DNA from: Faecalimonas sp.
GTDB taxonomy: Bacteria > Bacillota > Clostridia > Lachnospirales > Lachnospiraceae
Assembly: GCA_045638905.1 (NCBI GenBank)
Contig: JAZUCE010000015.1
Span: 28,850 to 92,849, forward strand
Reading direction: 5' to 3'
DNA: 64,000 nt
Under the pieces are notes generated by a model that was not told the DNA's origin, made no database searches, and saw only the letters and a list, made by a program, of their open reading frames with translations. Of this stretch, positions 1 through 9,819 are shown in pieces. Position 1 is the stretch's first letter. Every line of letters starts with the position of its first letter. The translations under genes and the position numbers were made by a program.

Positions 1-163
1 GTGAATACCTAGTTTCACCTTTTACAAAGCTGAAAAGTCTAGGTCCCATTCCAAGAGAAAACTCATCCACACGTATTTTATTCATCTTCGCGAGCAAAAA
101 GTGTCCCAGCTCATGAATGAAGATAATTAGTCCAAAAACAATAATTGCAAGAATAATGCCCAC
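1..163 (-). CDS. rseP: RIP metalloprotease RseP, 5' part (runs off window edge)
   Basis: GTG at 163 opens MGIILAIIVFGLIIFIHELGHF with the HExGH zinc motif; lies directly downstream of dxr. Confidence 0.9.
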   Translation of the reverse strand, partial: MGIILAIIVFGLIIFIHELGHFLLAKMNKIRVDEFSLGMGPRLFSFVKGETRYS

Positions 164-164
164 T

Positions 165-1307
165 CTACCACCTACTTTCTATTTGCTCATACACATCCTG
201 TTCGGTCCGTAAGATTTCTTCTACTGTCGGACATGCTATGTTGGTATGATTCTTCATGCAATAATCAATAATTTCCGGAATCTCCGGATATCGAATCTGT
301 CGATTCAAAAACTTATGGACAGCAAGCTCATTAGCCGCATTGAAAACAGTCGGCAGAGAACCGCCTGCTTTCCCCGCTTCCATTGCCAAACGGAGGCCAT
401 AGAAAGTATCCATGTCCGGCTTTTCAAAGGTAAGCTGTGCCAGCTCAGAAAACGAAATCCTATCTCCCGGTAAATATCGTCTTTGCGGATAATAAAGCGC
501 ATATTGTATCGGCAATTTCATGTCAGGAGTGCCGAGCTGTGCAATAATTGCGCCATCCACATATTCTACCATAGAATGAATGATGCTTTGCGGATGCACA
601 ACCACTTCTATCTGCTCTATTTCAACATCAAACAACCATTTTGCCTCAATCACTTCTAAGCCCTTGTTTACCAAAGTGGATGAATCAATGGTGATTTTCC
701 TTCCCATTTCCCAATTTGGATGTTTTAATGCATCTTCCACTTGGATATGCTCAAGGTCCGCCTTCGTTTTTCCACGAAACGGACCGCCGGATGCAGTTAA
801 TAATATCTTGTGCAGTTCACCTTTATGGCTGCCCTGTAGGGATTGAAAAATTGCACTATGTTCACTGTCCACAGGCAAAATCTTCACTTGATGTTCTTTT
901 GCAAGTGGCATAATGATATGTCCTGCCGTCACTAAGGTCTCCTTATTTGCAAGCGCAATGTCTTTCCCCGCTTTAATGGCTTCTATGGTTGGACGTATGC
1001 CAATCATACCTACAATAGCTGTAACCAGAATCTCAGCTTCCTCCATCACTGAAACCTCAATCAAGCCTTCCATGCCTGATACAACTTTCACATCCAAGTC
1101 CCGTACATTCGCCTTTAATTCGTTAGCTTTCTCTTCCGTCCATACTGCAACAAGTTTTGGACGAAATTCACGAATTTGTGTTTCCAATAATTCAATATTA
1201 TTGCCAGCAGCAAGTCCTAATACTTCTATATCACCATTTTCTCTCGCAACCTCTAAAGTTTGTGTACCTATAGAACCTGTAGAACCTAAAATTGCTATTT
1301 TCTTCAT
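165..1307 (-). CDS. dxr: 1-deoxy-D-xylulose-5-phosphate reductoisomerase
   Basis: GSTGSIG, LANKE, PVDSEH and MGRKITIDS motifs. Confidence 0.98.
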   Translation of the reverse strand: MKKIAILGSTGSIGTQTLEVARENGDIEVLGLAAGNNIELLETQIREFRPKLVAVWTEEKANELKANVRDLDVKVVSGMEGLIEVSVMEEAEILVTAIVGMIGIRPTIEAIKAGKDIALANKETLVTAGHIIMPLAKEHQVKILPVDSEHSAIFQSLQGSHKGELHKILLTASGGPFRGKTKADLEHIQVEDALKHPNWEMGRKITIDSSTLVNKGLEVIEAKWLFDVEIEQIEVVVHPQSIIHSMVEYVDGAIIAQLGTPDMKLPIQYALYYPQRRYLPGDRISFSELAQLTFEKPDMDTFYGLRLAMEAGKAGGSLPTVFNAANELAVHKFLNRQIRYPEIPEIIDYCMKNHTNIACPTVEEILRTEQDVYEQIESRW

Positions 1308-1319
1308 GTATATGCTCTC

Positions 1320-2120
1320 CTACACTGACAACAGAATTGCCATATAATAAATAATTGGCGCTGTAAAAATCACGCTGTCAAAACGGTCAAGAATTCCGCC
1401 ATGCCCCGGGATCAAATTCCCATAATCCTTGATGTCGTGGTTTCTCTTAATTGCAGAAGCCGCCAAATCTCCCACCATGGAAATCAAAGCACCGGCACCA
1501 CAAATAACAGCGTACAATGCAACATTTGCATCCGCTTGTGCAAATTTTTGAATCGCCAGTGCATAAAGCGCACCTAAAAGCGCCGCTCCAACAACACCAC
1601 CAACTGCACCTTCAATGGATTTTTTAGGGCTGAGCTTTGGGGCCATCTTGTGTTTACCAATCAACATTCCCACACAGTATGCACAGGTATCACTTCCCCA
1701 TGAGCATAAAAAGACTAACCATACCAGAAATGCTCCCTGTTCCAGCATACGAATCTGGTAAACATATGAAAGCATAAAAGCCACATAAAACAGACCGAAA
1801 AACGCCAGCATAATCTGTTCTGAGCGATACTTTGGATATGCAAACACGTATATCATCATAATCAGAATCAAAAATGCGATACATAGCATTACAATCCAAT
1901 CGGTCTTTTGTAATCTTAACAGAAAATAATATGCAACAGCAATCACGTAGCCTGTAATTCCAAGCAACGTCCCGCCAATTTCCAAAACCTTGTAAATCTC
2001 AGTCATTCCGATAAAACTAATCATTAATAACGTTGCAAATAAAACATCTCCACCCGTAATAATGGTTGCCAATGCAATGATGACAAGTAAAATCCCGCTT
2101 AACAATCTTGTTTTAAACAT
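1320..2120 (-). CDS. cdsA: Phosphatidate cytidylyltransferase
   Basis: SPKKSIEG and KDYGNLIPGHGGILDRFDS signature; multiple TM segments. Confidence 0.97.
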   Translation of the reverse strand: MFKTRLLSGILLVIIALATIITGGDVLFATLLMISFIGMTEIYKVLEIGGTLLGITGYVIAVAYYFLLRLQKTDWIVMLCIAFLILIMMIYVFAYPKYRSEQIMLAFFGLFYVAFMLSYVYQIRMLEQGAFLVWLVFLCSWGSDTCAYCVGMLIGKHKMAPKLSPKKSIEGAVGGVVGAALLGALYALAIQKFAQADANVALYAVICGAGALISMVGDLAASAIKRNHDIKDYGNLIPGHGGILDRFDSVIFTAPIIYYMAILLSV

Positions 2121-2832
2121 TTGTTTCTCCTTCCTTCACTCCGCCAAAGCGTCTATCTCTACTATTATAGTATTCGATTGCTTTCGCCAATTCCTCTTTG
2201 GTAAAATCAGGCCATAGCACATCGGTAAAATAAAACTCACTGTAGGCTAATTGCCACAATAAATAATTGGATAATCGCTGTTCTCCACTGGTGCGAATCA
2301 TCAAATCCGGATCCGGAATACCATGGGTGTCCAAATAAGATTCATAGATTTTCTCATCAATCTCCTCGGCCTTGATTTTTCCTTCTGCACAGTCCGCGCA
2401 AAGGCTTTTCACGGCACGCAACATCTCATCACGACTTCCGTAGTTTAATGCAATTTGGAAGCACAGACCATCATTGTTTTTGGTCGCTTCCTCCAACTGT
2501 GCAATACGCTTGCGGATATCATCATCCAAAGCCGATTTATCTCCAATCACACGCACACACATGCGATTCTTTTCCGCCGTCTTCAGGCAGGTCTTCATGT
2601 AGTTGCGCAACAAATTCATCAGCGCATCCACTTCGTCCTTCGGTCGTTTCCAGTTTTCTGTCGAAAAGGCATAAACGGTCAGATATTTGACGCCCATCTT
2701 ATAAGCCGCCTCACAAATACGCTCCACATTCTTGCTTCCCTGGGCATGACCGTAATTCCTTGGCATTCCCTTCTTTTTTGCCCAACGTCCATTTCCATCC
2801 AAAATAATTGCGATATGTTGTGGCACATTCAT
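2113..2832 (-). CDS. uppS: Undecaprenyl diphosphate synthase (isoprenyl transferase)
   Basis: HIAIILDGNGRWA, FSTENWKRP and RTSGEQRLSNYLLWQ motifs. Confidence 0.98.
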   Translation of the reverse strand: MNVPQHIAIILDGNGRWAKKKGMPRNYGHAQGSKNVERICEAAYKMGVKYLTVYAFSTENWKRPKDEVDALMNLLRNYMKTCLKTAEKNRMCVRVIGDKSALDDDIRKRIAQLEEATKNNDGLCFQIALNYGSRDEMLRAVKSLCADCAEGKIKAEEIDEKIYESYLDTHGIPDPDLMIRTSGEQRLSNYLLWQLAYSEFYFTDVLWPDFTKEELAKAIEYYNSRDRRFGGVKEGETNV

Positions 2833-2864
2833 GTGTAATCAACTCCTTTTGCTGTATTACAGCA

Positions 2865-2897
2865 AGAAGATAAGCAGTTGTTCGCCACTTATCTTCT
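2865..2897. terminator. Stem-loop between frr and uppS (attenuator or weak terminator)
   Basis: Perfect 10-bp inverted repeat agaagataag/cttatcttct; no clear U-tract. Confidence 0.45.
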
Positions 2898-2912
2898 CAA
2901 ATTCTGATTTAA

Positions 2913-3464
2913 CTATACTGTAAGAACTTCTTTTGATTTTACATCTATTGCTTTATCAATATTCGCAATATATTTATCAGTAAGTTTTTGTAATTCACTC
3001 TCTAAATCTTTAATTTCGTCTTCTGAAACTTCTGTGCCTTTTAACTTTTTAAATGCATCATTTCCGTCACGACGAATGTTTCGGATTGCAACTTTTGCTG
3101 CCTCACCTTTTTTCTTTACATCCTTTACAATCTCTTTTCTTCTGTCTTCCGTCAATTCTGGAAAAATCAAACGAATCACGGTACCATCATTGTTCGGATT
3201 AATTCCGATATCAGATGTCATAATTGCTTTTTCGATTTCTTTAATTAAGCTTTTTTCCCATGGCTGTATTTGAATAATACGTGCTTCCGGAACTGATATA
3301 TTTGCCACCTGCTGAATCGGTGTCTGCATTCCATAATAATCAACAGTTAATTTATTCAAAACATTTGGGTTCGCACGTCCGGCACGAATGGTAGCTAATT
3401 CTGCCTCTAAGTTTGCTACCGTCTTTTGCATTTTTGTGTCAAATACCTGTAATTTTTCATTCAT
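2913..3464 (-). CDS. frr: Ribosome recycling factor
   Basis: IRAGRANP, PELTEDRRK and IRNIRRD motifs. Confidence 0.98.
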   Translation of the reverse strand: MNEKLQVFDTKMQKTVANLEAELATIRAGRANPNVLNKLTVDYYGMQTPIQQVANISVPEARIIQIQPWEKSLIKEIEKAIMTSDIGINPNNDGTVIRLIFPELTEDRRKEIVKDVKKKGEAAKVAIRNIRRDGNDAFKKLKGTEVSEDEIKDLESELQKLTDKYIANIDKAIDVKSKEVLTV

Positions 3465-3494
3465 AGTAATATCCTCCGATTATTTTATTTATCA

Positions 3495-4190
3495 TTATAC
3501 AGTTACCCTTGTACCTGTAAATGTTCCTTTCATTGTTTCGACAATGCTATTCTTTTCATTCAAGCCGAACACCAACATCGGCATCTTATTTTCCATACAC
3601 AGAATAGACGCTGCCAAATCTACTGCTGCAAGACGCTTGTCAATGGTTTCCTGAATGGAAATCTCTTCATACTTCTTAGCATTCGGATTCAGCTTCGGGT
3701 CACTGTCATATATGCCATCGATTGCTTTTGCAAGCAACATCGCATCTGCCTCAATCTCAATTGCGCGAAGCACGGCTCCTGTATCTGTTGAAAAATAAGG
3801 ATGTCCTGTTCCTCCGGCAAAGAAAATAACCTTTCCCGAATTCAATGCTTCCACTGCCGCATCTTTTGAAAATAATTTAGTAAATGCACCACATGTAAAT
3901 GGAGTAAATATTTCCGTCTGCATTCCTACATGTCTAAAAATATCAGACACATAAATACAGTTCATAACCGTTGCTAACATACCTATCTGGTCAGCCTTTG
4001 TACGGTCTATTGTCTCGCTGGTTCTCCCTCTCCAGAAGTTCCCACCACCGGTGACAATCGCAACCTGAATCCCGTCATCCACCAACTCTTTTACCTGCTT
4101 CGCAACACCAATACAAGTCGCCTCATCAAATCCAGTCTTCTTATCTCCTGCCAGTGCCTCACCACTCAGCTTTAGTAACACTCTTTTCAT
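3495..4190 (-). CDS. pyrH: UMP kinase
   Basis: LLKLSGEAL, GGGNFWRG and GTGHPYFSTD motifs. Confidence 0.98.
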   Translation of the reverse strand: MKRVLLKLSGEALAGDKKTGFDEATCIGVAKQVKELVDDGIQVAIVTGGGNFWRGRTSETIDRTKADQIGMLATVMNCIYVSDIFRHVGMQTEIFTPFTCGAFTKLFSKDAAVEALNSGKVIFFAGGTGHPYFSTDTGAVLRAIEIEADAMLLAKAIDGIYDSDPKLNPNAKKYEEISIQETIDKRLAAVDLAASILCMENKMPMLVFGLNEKNSIVETMKGTFTGTRVTV

Positions 4191-4227
4191 ACGCTTTGCT
4201 CCTTGTCCTTATTCACCTTTTACGCAC

Positions 4228-4236
4228 ATTATAGCA
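4228..4236 (-). promoter_or_regulatory. Extended -10 promoter for pyrH-frr
   Basis: TGcTATAAT on the minus strand ~40 bp upstream of pyrH. Confidence 0.55.
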
Positions 4237-4358
4237 TAAAGACATCTGTTTTCACACCCTATTTTTTTATCCTTTTAGAAAAATTTCATTTTTATTTATA
4301 AATACACAATTTTCTTTTATGTGAAAGTGTGCTATCATCCTTTTTGAGGTGAGAAATT

Positions 4359-4754
4359 ATGAGAGAAAGATTACAACGTTTTATGATGGGACGGAACGGA
4401 CTAGATGACATCTGTAGATTCTTAATGTTTATTTGGTTTGGTCTGTGGATTGTTCAGATATTCGTATACATTCCTTTTTCATCCTTGCTATCTTATGCCA
4501 TATTGATATATATGTACTTTCGCATGTTCTCAAGAAACATTCCGAAACGTTACCGTGAAAATGAATGTTTTCTGAGATGGAAAAGCAAGTTTTCATTCAA
4601 CTCACGTGCAAGGAAAGCACAGAGGGAACAACGTAAGACCCATCGCATTTATAAATGTCCGACATGCAAGCAAAAAATCCGCATTCCACGTGGAAAAGGA
4701 CGCATCTGCATCACATGTCCAAAATGCAAAACAGAATTTACAAAAGTAAGTTAA
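4359..4754 (+). CDS. Conserved hypothetical membrane protein with C-terminal zinc ribbon
   Basis: GAGG RBS; GRNGLD followed by two TM helices; CPTC...CPKC. Confidence 0.85.
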   Translation: MRERLQRFMMGRNGLDDICRFLMFIWFGLWIVQIFVYIPFSSLLSYAILIYMYFRMFSRNIPKRYRENECFLRWKSKFSFNSRARKAQREQRKTHRIYKCPTCKQKIRIPRGKGRICITCPKCKTEFTKVS

Positions 4755-4770
4755 AAATCAGTTTTATTTG

Positions 4771-4799
4771 TTGCTCTTATCTTAATTATGTTGTATAAT
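4771..4799 (+). promoter_or_regulatory. Sigma70-type promoter
   Basis: TTGCTC-17bp-TATAAT. Confidence 0.6.
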
Positions 4800-4831
4800 A
4801 ATCATAATTACATAGCAAAGGAGTGATTCCC

Positions 4832-5254
4832 ATGATTAATTTATTAACAGGGCAAAAAGGTAGCGGCAAAACTCAGATTATGATTGAAGCTGCAAATAAA
4901 AAAGCAAAGGAATGTGACGGAAATGTAGTATTTATCAAGAATAGCCACAACGATACATACAGCTTATCTTTTGATATTCGTGCAATTTGTATGGCTGATT
5001 ATCCTTCTATCCGTAGCATTAGTGAATATACAGGTTTTATTTATGGTATGCTTAGTGCAAACAGTGATATTCAAGTGATTTTTATCGATGGTATTTTAAA
5101 ACAATCCGGAGTATCTCTTGATGTTATCCCAAGTTTCATTGATACTCTTAACAGTATCTCTGCAGCACATAAGGTTGACTTCTATGTGAGCCTCAGTGCC
5201 AGCAAAGAAGATTTAGCAGGTGTTGACGCTGAAAAATGTAATTTTTTAAATTAA
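4832..5254 (+). CDS. Small P-loop protein of unknown function
   Basis: AAGGAG RBS before ATG 4832; Walker A GQKGSGKT; IFID Walker-B-like segment. Confidence 0.8.
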   Translation: MINLLTGQKGSGKTQIMIEAANKKAKECDGNVVFIKNSHNDTYSLSFDIRAICMADYPSIRSISEYTGFIYGMLSANSDIQVIFIDGILKQSGVSLDVIPSFIDTLNSISAAHKVDFYVSLSASKEDLAGVDAEKCNFLN

Positions 5255-5264
5255 TAAGTATAGA

Positions 5265-5299
5265 AAAAATGGATGGAAACTGAGGTTCCATCCATTTTT
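5265..5299. terminator. Bidirectional rho-independent terminator
   Basis: aaaaatggatggaa/ttccatccattttt hairpin between convergent genes. Confidence 0.85.
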
Positions 5300-5300
5300 A

Positions 5301-6893
5301 TTACTTTATTTCCGTCACAATGTTCACATCATCGCCTATCTTATATTCAAAGCTAATCTCCTGTCCAAGCTCATATTTTATAATTTGAATGAAATCTCCA
5401 ACCAAAACATCAAATATTTGCTCAGAAGTATCCAACATAATATAGTAGTGCGAATTGCCATCCACAACGGCAGGTGCAATCTTGACAATTTTTCCGCTTA
5501 TGCCGCTCTTACTGATTTGTTCTTCTTCCTGAAGCCCTTCCTTCTTTAAAAGTTTCTGGTACTCTCCCTCGCACTCAGCAACCGTATCGCCAATTCCTAC
5601 AACCTGATATTTCTGCACATTTACCATAGCATATTTTTTTACCAAGCCCGCCTTATCCTTTAATGCAATAAAATAGGTTGGCTCTCCGCTGATATTAAGC
5701 AGCAATGGGAATGTGGCTTTATATGCCAGGTTCTGAACCTGCCCCTCTGCCGAATCCATAGCCGAGCGTTCCGTTGCCCCTTCTATTTCGTAGAATTTTG
5801 TTTCCATAGTTCTCTGATTAATTAAGACAAAACCAACATTCGACTGGTCTCCGCTTACTGAGGTTACACCGGTATATACCCACACATCATCATTAATCGC
5901 AAGATAATTATATCCATCCGTTGTAACAAGACAATCCTTCTGTCCAATTACGCTATTAATAAATCCATGTTTTAAGGTTCCATAATAGTCAAACAATCCA
6001 ACTAACATATCCGCCGTATGCGCACGGTCAACCCACTGTGGTACATCTTTAATTGCATAATCTTTGGTTTCTCCGGTAATGGCATTGCAAAGAACTACAT
6101 TCCCTATCGTTTGTCCACCGAAAAGTCCGATATTGAATTTGATAACCGGACACACCCAATATGGTACACCTTCTTCATCAATTTCAAAACTCAACTCGTC
6201 AAAAATATAAGTCGGATAATGAAAGCGTAAATGTCTGTATATGTTTCGATTGAAATATTCCGAAGTAGAATATTTAATGCCTTTATCCAGCTTCACAAGT
6301 TCCGTTGTCTGTGTTGCCATATCAATCATAATATATGCCGGGATACCTTCCGATTGATTCGTCAGCCATTTAATTGCATCTGCATATTTTAGCGGAGACA
6401 CACGTACCGGCTTTCCTTTGTAATTAATCTGACTATAAATATCATCCACCTCAAACTGGGAAGCCATATCAATCATGCTACCCATCTTACGGTCACCCAG
6501 AAGAATCGCCGAATCTTTATCCAGCAACGGAATCTGCTCGTAAGACAATTCCTCAATATCCTTTGTAAACTCGCCTTCTTCTACCTTGAGTAGTTTCTGG
6601 TATTTCTTTGCATTTACAATTTCAGACGATAAAATTGCTCCTATAAAAAACACCAAAATTACCAAAATCAAAAGAATACCCATTGTCCATACAACTTTTG
6701 ATCTTTTCATCTCATATACGCCATACTGTTTTCGCAAAATATAAGCCACTGCTATTACAATAAGAAGCAAAATTATAAAAAACCAAAAACCTCCGGAATG
6801 AATGTTGATTGCAGGTAATGTCACATAATAATAAATACTTGCTATGAGCAACAATGCAACTCCTGCCAAGATTTTAAATTTAAGTCCTTTCAT
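5301..6893 (-). CDS. Conserved hypothetical membrane-anchored protein with large extracytoplasmic domain
   Basis: GGAGG RBS before ATG 6893 (MKGLKFK); three N-terminal TM helices, then a soluble domain. Confidence 0.8.
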   Translation of the reverse strand: MKGLKFKILAGVALLLIASIYYYVTLPAINIHSGGFWFFIILLLIVIAVAYILRKQYGVYEMKRSKVVWTMGILLILVILVFFIGAILSSEIVNAKKYQKLLKVEEGEFTKDIEELSYEQIPLLDKDSAILLGDRKMGSMIDMASQFEVDDIYSQINYKGKPVRVSPLKYADAIKWLTNQSEGIPAYIMIDMATQTTELVKLDKGIKYSTSEYFNRNIYRHLRFHYPTYIFDELSFEIDEEGVPYWVCPVIKFNIGLFGGQTIGNVVLCNAITGETKDYAIKDVPQWVDRAHTADMLVGLFDYYGTLKHGFINSVIGQKDCLVTTDGYNYLAINDDVWVYTGVTSVSGDQSNVGFVLINQRTMETKFYEIEGATERSAMDSAEGQVQNLAYKATFPLLLNISGEPTYFIALKDKAGLVKKYAMVNVQKYQVVGIGDTVAECEGEYQKLLKKEGLQEEEQISKSGISGKIVKIAPAVVDGNSHYYIMLDTSEQIFDVLVGDFIQIIKYELGQEISFEYKIGDDVNIVTEIK

Positions 6894-6904
6894 TCGATTA
6901 CCTC

Positions 6905-8350
6905 CTAAAATTTTCTTCTCCACAAGCTAGGTGAAAAAAGTAATAAAAACGGGAATATTTCCAATCTCCCTATCAACATATTTAAACAAAATACAATCTT
7001 CGATACATCTGAAAATTGTGAAAATGTATAAGCCGGACCTAATTTAGAAAGTCCAGGTCCCACATTGCTCATAGTTGTTAAAACCCCTGTGAAATTGGTC
7101 GTAAAATCAAACTTATCAAGAGAAATAAGCAAAAGTGAAACAACAAAAATTGTTACATATACCGCAAAATAAACACTGACACCGCGAATTGTGTCTTCTT
7201 TTATCTTCTTCCCATTTACTTTGACAATATTCACTGATTTTGGATGTATCAATCGTCTGATTTCTATTTTTATACTCTTTAGCAAGATTAAAATACGGGA
7301 TATTTTAATTCCGCCACCAGTCGACCCTGCACATGCACCTATCATCATAACAGCTAAGATAATGGTTTTGGAAAATTGCGGCCATGTATCAAAATCATAT
7401 GACGAAAAACCAGTCGTTGTAATAATGGACGCCACTTGGAATATGGCATAACGAAATGCCTCTACAATGGAATCAAACATATTAGCAATATTAACGGTTA
7501 TAAGTGTTGCAGCTCCAATAATAATTCCCAGATATGCTCTCAATTCCTCATTCCTAAACACATCTTTTGCTTTCTTGAGCAATATCAAATAATACATATT
7601 AAAGTTGATTCCAAACAGAATCATAAAGACAGTCAGTACGCCCTCAATGTATGCACTATTATAGTACATAACACTATCCTGATGGTTGTTAAATCCACCG
7701 GTGCCGGCCGTACTAAAAGCATGAATGACACTATCGTACAAGTTCATTCCGCCAAGCAGGAGAAAAATAATCTCAATAACTGTCAGACTCAAATACATTC
7801 CATACAGAATCTTTGCCGTATCTCTTGCCTTTGGAACCAGTTTGTCCGTTTCCGGTCCCGGGACTTCTGCACGCATCAAATGCATGGTATTTTTATCCTC
7901 CAAGGACACAATGACCAACACAAAAACCAGCACACCCATACCACCAATCCAATGGGTCAAGCAGCGCCAAAAATTCATGCCATAAGGCAGGCTGTCGATA
8001 TTATTTAAGATAGTAGAACCTGTCGTTGTGAACCCGGAAATTGTTTCAAAAAGTGCATCTACATATGATGGGATTGCACCTGAAATCCAAAATGGAATTG
8101 ATCCGAAAACAGACCACAATATCCATGCGCTTGCGATAATGATAAAACCATCTCTTCCATAAATAGTGGAGTCCTCCGGCTTTTTACGTCCGAATATCAA
8201 ATATAAGAATGCCAAAATTGCACTAGTTATAAGAAATGATTTCCACCCATCTTCTCTGTAAATCACAGACACAAGTGCCGGTATCATAAGAACTGCCGCT
8301 TCTACCCCGAGCATTCTACCTAAAATATAAGTCGTCATTTTTCTATTCAT
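6905..8350 (-). CDS. trkH: Trk potassium uptake membrane subunit
   Basis: Pore-loop motifs SGFTTTG, STAGTGGF, TTTGF and GSTGGGIK. Confidence 0.95.
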   Translation of the reverse strand: MNRKMTTYILGRMLGVEAAVLMIPALVSVIYREDGWKSFLITSAILAFLYLIFGRKKPEDSTIYGRDGFIIIASAWILWSVFGSIPFWISGAIPSYVDALFETISGFTTTGSTILNNIDSLPYGMNFWRCLTHWIGGMGVLVFVLVIVSLEDKNTMHLMRAEVPGPETDKLVPKARDTAKILYGMYLSLTVIEIIFLLLGGMNLYDSVIHAFSTAGTGGFNNHQDSVMYYNSAYIEGVLTVFMILFGINFNMYYLILLKKAKDVFRNEELRAYLGIIIGAATLITVNIANMFDSIVEAFRYAIFQVASIITTTGFSSYDFDTWPQFSKTIILAVMMIGACAGSTGGGIKISRILILLKSIKIEIRRLIHPKSVNIVKVNGKKIKEDTIRGVSVYFAVYVTIFVVSLLLISLDKFDFTTNFTGVLTTMSNVGPGLSKLGPAYTFSQFSDVSKIVFCLNMLIGRLEIFPFLLLFSPSLWRRKF

Positions 8351-8359
8351 AACATTCCT

Positions 8360-9718
8360 CTATTCTAAGATGTCTGTAATATCTTGTACTTTTTTCGATT
8401 TCGTGATTACCACCACAGTATCGCCAACCTGAATACTATCACTACCACGCGGAATAATCGTCTGACGTTTTCTTCCAATACATGCAATCAAGTTATTTGG
8501 TTTAATTTTTAAATCTTTCAAAGAAACATTGGTATACTTTGTTTCCTCTTTTATAACAAATTCCAATGCTTCCACGCGGTCTTCAACCAAACGATACATG
8601 GATTCAATATTTGCACTGGCAAGAGAATTCTGCCTTGCTCGAACATAACTGTAGATTGCATCAACCGTTGCATTTTTAGCTGAAACAATGCTGTCAATTC
8701 CAAGGCCTTCCACCATCTGTGCTCTGGAATCTTCATTGACCTTAGCTATAATTTTTTGCACTCCCTGTTTCTTTGCAAATAAACTCATAATGATATTCTC
8801 TTCGTCCACACCTGTAAGTGCAATCAGTGCATCCGCATCACGGACTCCTTCTTCCAACAATAAATCGTGGTCTGTAGCATCGCCGTGAATAACGGTTGCT
8901 TTCGGTATTTCTTCACATAATAACTCGCATCTTGCCAAGCCCTGCTCGATAATTTTTACTTCCATTCCCATGGAACAAAGTTTCTTTGCAAGATAGAAGC
9001 CAACACGTCCACCACCGCATATCAACACATTTCTCACACGACGTTTGCGATTGCCGATTTTGGAGAAAAATTGAGCAATCTCATTGTGTGTTGCAACTAC
9101 ATGGAGCTTATCTCCCTCTTGAATGACAAACTCTCCATCCGGTATGAACACTTCCTGTCCCCTGCGTATCGCACCAATCAAAATTTTAATTTGGAACTTG
9201 GAATAAATATCTGCAAGTTTATATCCAATAATAGGGCTTCCTTCACGCACTAAGAATTCCACCAATTCAATTCTTCCCTTAACAAAAGTTTCCACCTTAC
9301 TTGCATCCGGAAGAATTAAATTTCTTGCTATTTCATTAGCCACCGCAAACTCCGGATTAATAACCATACTAAGATGTAAATCTTCTTTTAATAAATCAAT
9401 TTGTTGGTAATACAGTGGATTACGCACTCTTGCAATGGTATGCTTCGCTCCCAATCTTTTTGCCACCAAACAACTCAACATATTTAATTCATCCGTGGAA
9501 GCACATGCAATGACAAGGTCCGAATCCGGAACGCCCGCTTCCTTTTGTACTTCGACACTCACACCATCCCCTGCAAAGCAGTTGACATCCAGGTTGTTAA
9601 TTGCACCTTTGAGCTTTTCTTCATCATTGTCAATCAAAATGACATCATAGTTATCCTCTGACAAATTTTCAGCCAGTTTATACCCAACTTTTCCATCACC
9701 GATAATTACAATTTTCAT
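8360..9718 (-). CDS. trkA: Trk potassium uptake NAD-binding subunit
   Basis: Two RCK_N (GDGKVG, GGGRVG) plus RCK_C domains; start MKIVIIG at 9718 after a GAGG RBS. Confidence 0.95.
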   Translation of the reverse strand: MKIVIIGDGKVGYKLAENLSEDNYDVILIDNDEEKLKGAINNLDVNCFAGDGVSVEVQKEAGVPDSDLVIACASTDELNMLSCLVAKRLGAKHTIARVRNPLYYQQIDLLKEDLHLSMVINPEFAVANEIARNLILPDASKVETFVKGRIELVEFLVREGSPIIGYKLADIYSKFQIKILIGAIRRGQEVFIPDGEFVIQEGDKLHVVATHNEIAQFFSKIGNRKRRVRNVLICGGGRVGFYLAKKLCSMGMEVKIIEQGLARCELLCEEIPKATVIHGDATDHDLLLEEGVRDADALIALTGVDEENIIMSLFAKKQGVQKIIAKVNEDSRAQMVEGLGIDSIVSAKNATVDAIYSYVRARQNSLASANIESMYRLVEDRVEALEFVIKEETKYTNVSLKDLKIKPNNLIACIGRKRQTIIPRGSDSIQVGDTVVVITKSKKVQDITDILE

Positions 9719-9758
9719 TGATAGTTCCTCTTTTTTTATTTTTGCTAATGTAAGGCAA

Positions 9759-9787
9759 ATTATAACACTTTCATTCCAAATATACAA
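9759..9787 (-). promoter_or_regulatory. Promoter of trkA-trkH operon
   Basis: TTGTAT-17bp-TATAAT with TGn extension. Confidence 0.7.
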
Positions 9788-9789
9788 GT

Positions 9790-9814
9790 AGGGCACGGTA
9801 AAACACCATGCCCT
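9790..9814 (-). terminator. Terminator-like hairpin after EF-G paralogue
   Basis: agggcatggt/accgtgccct stem on the minus strand; weak U-tract. Confidence 0.6.
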
Positions 9815-9819
9815 GTCTT

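Noticed and set aside
4190-4359. Absence of rpsB-tsf upstream of pyrH
   Set aside because: Simple gene-order variation; pyrH has its own promoter-like sequence and no mobile-element scar is visible.
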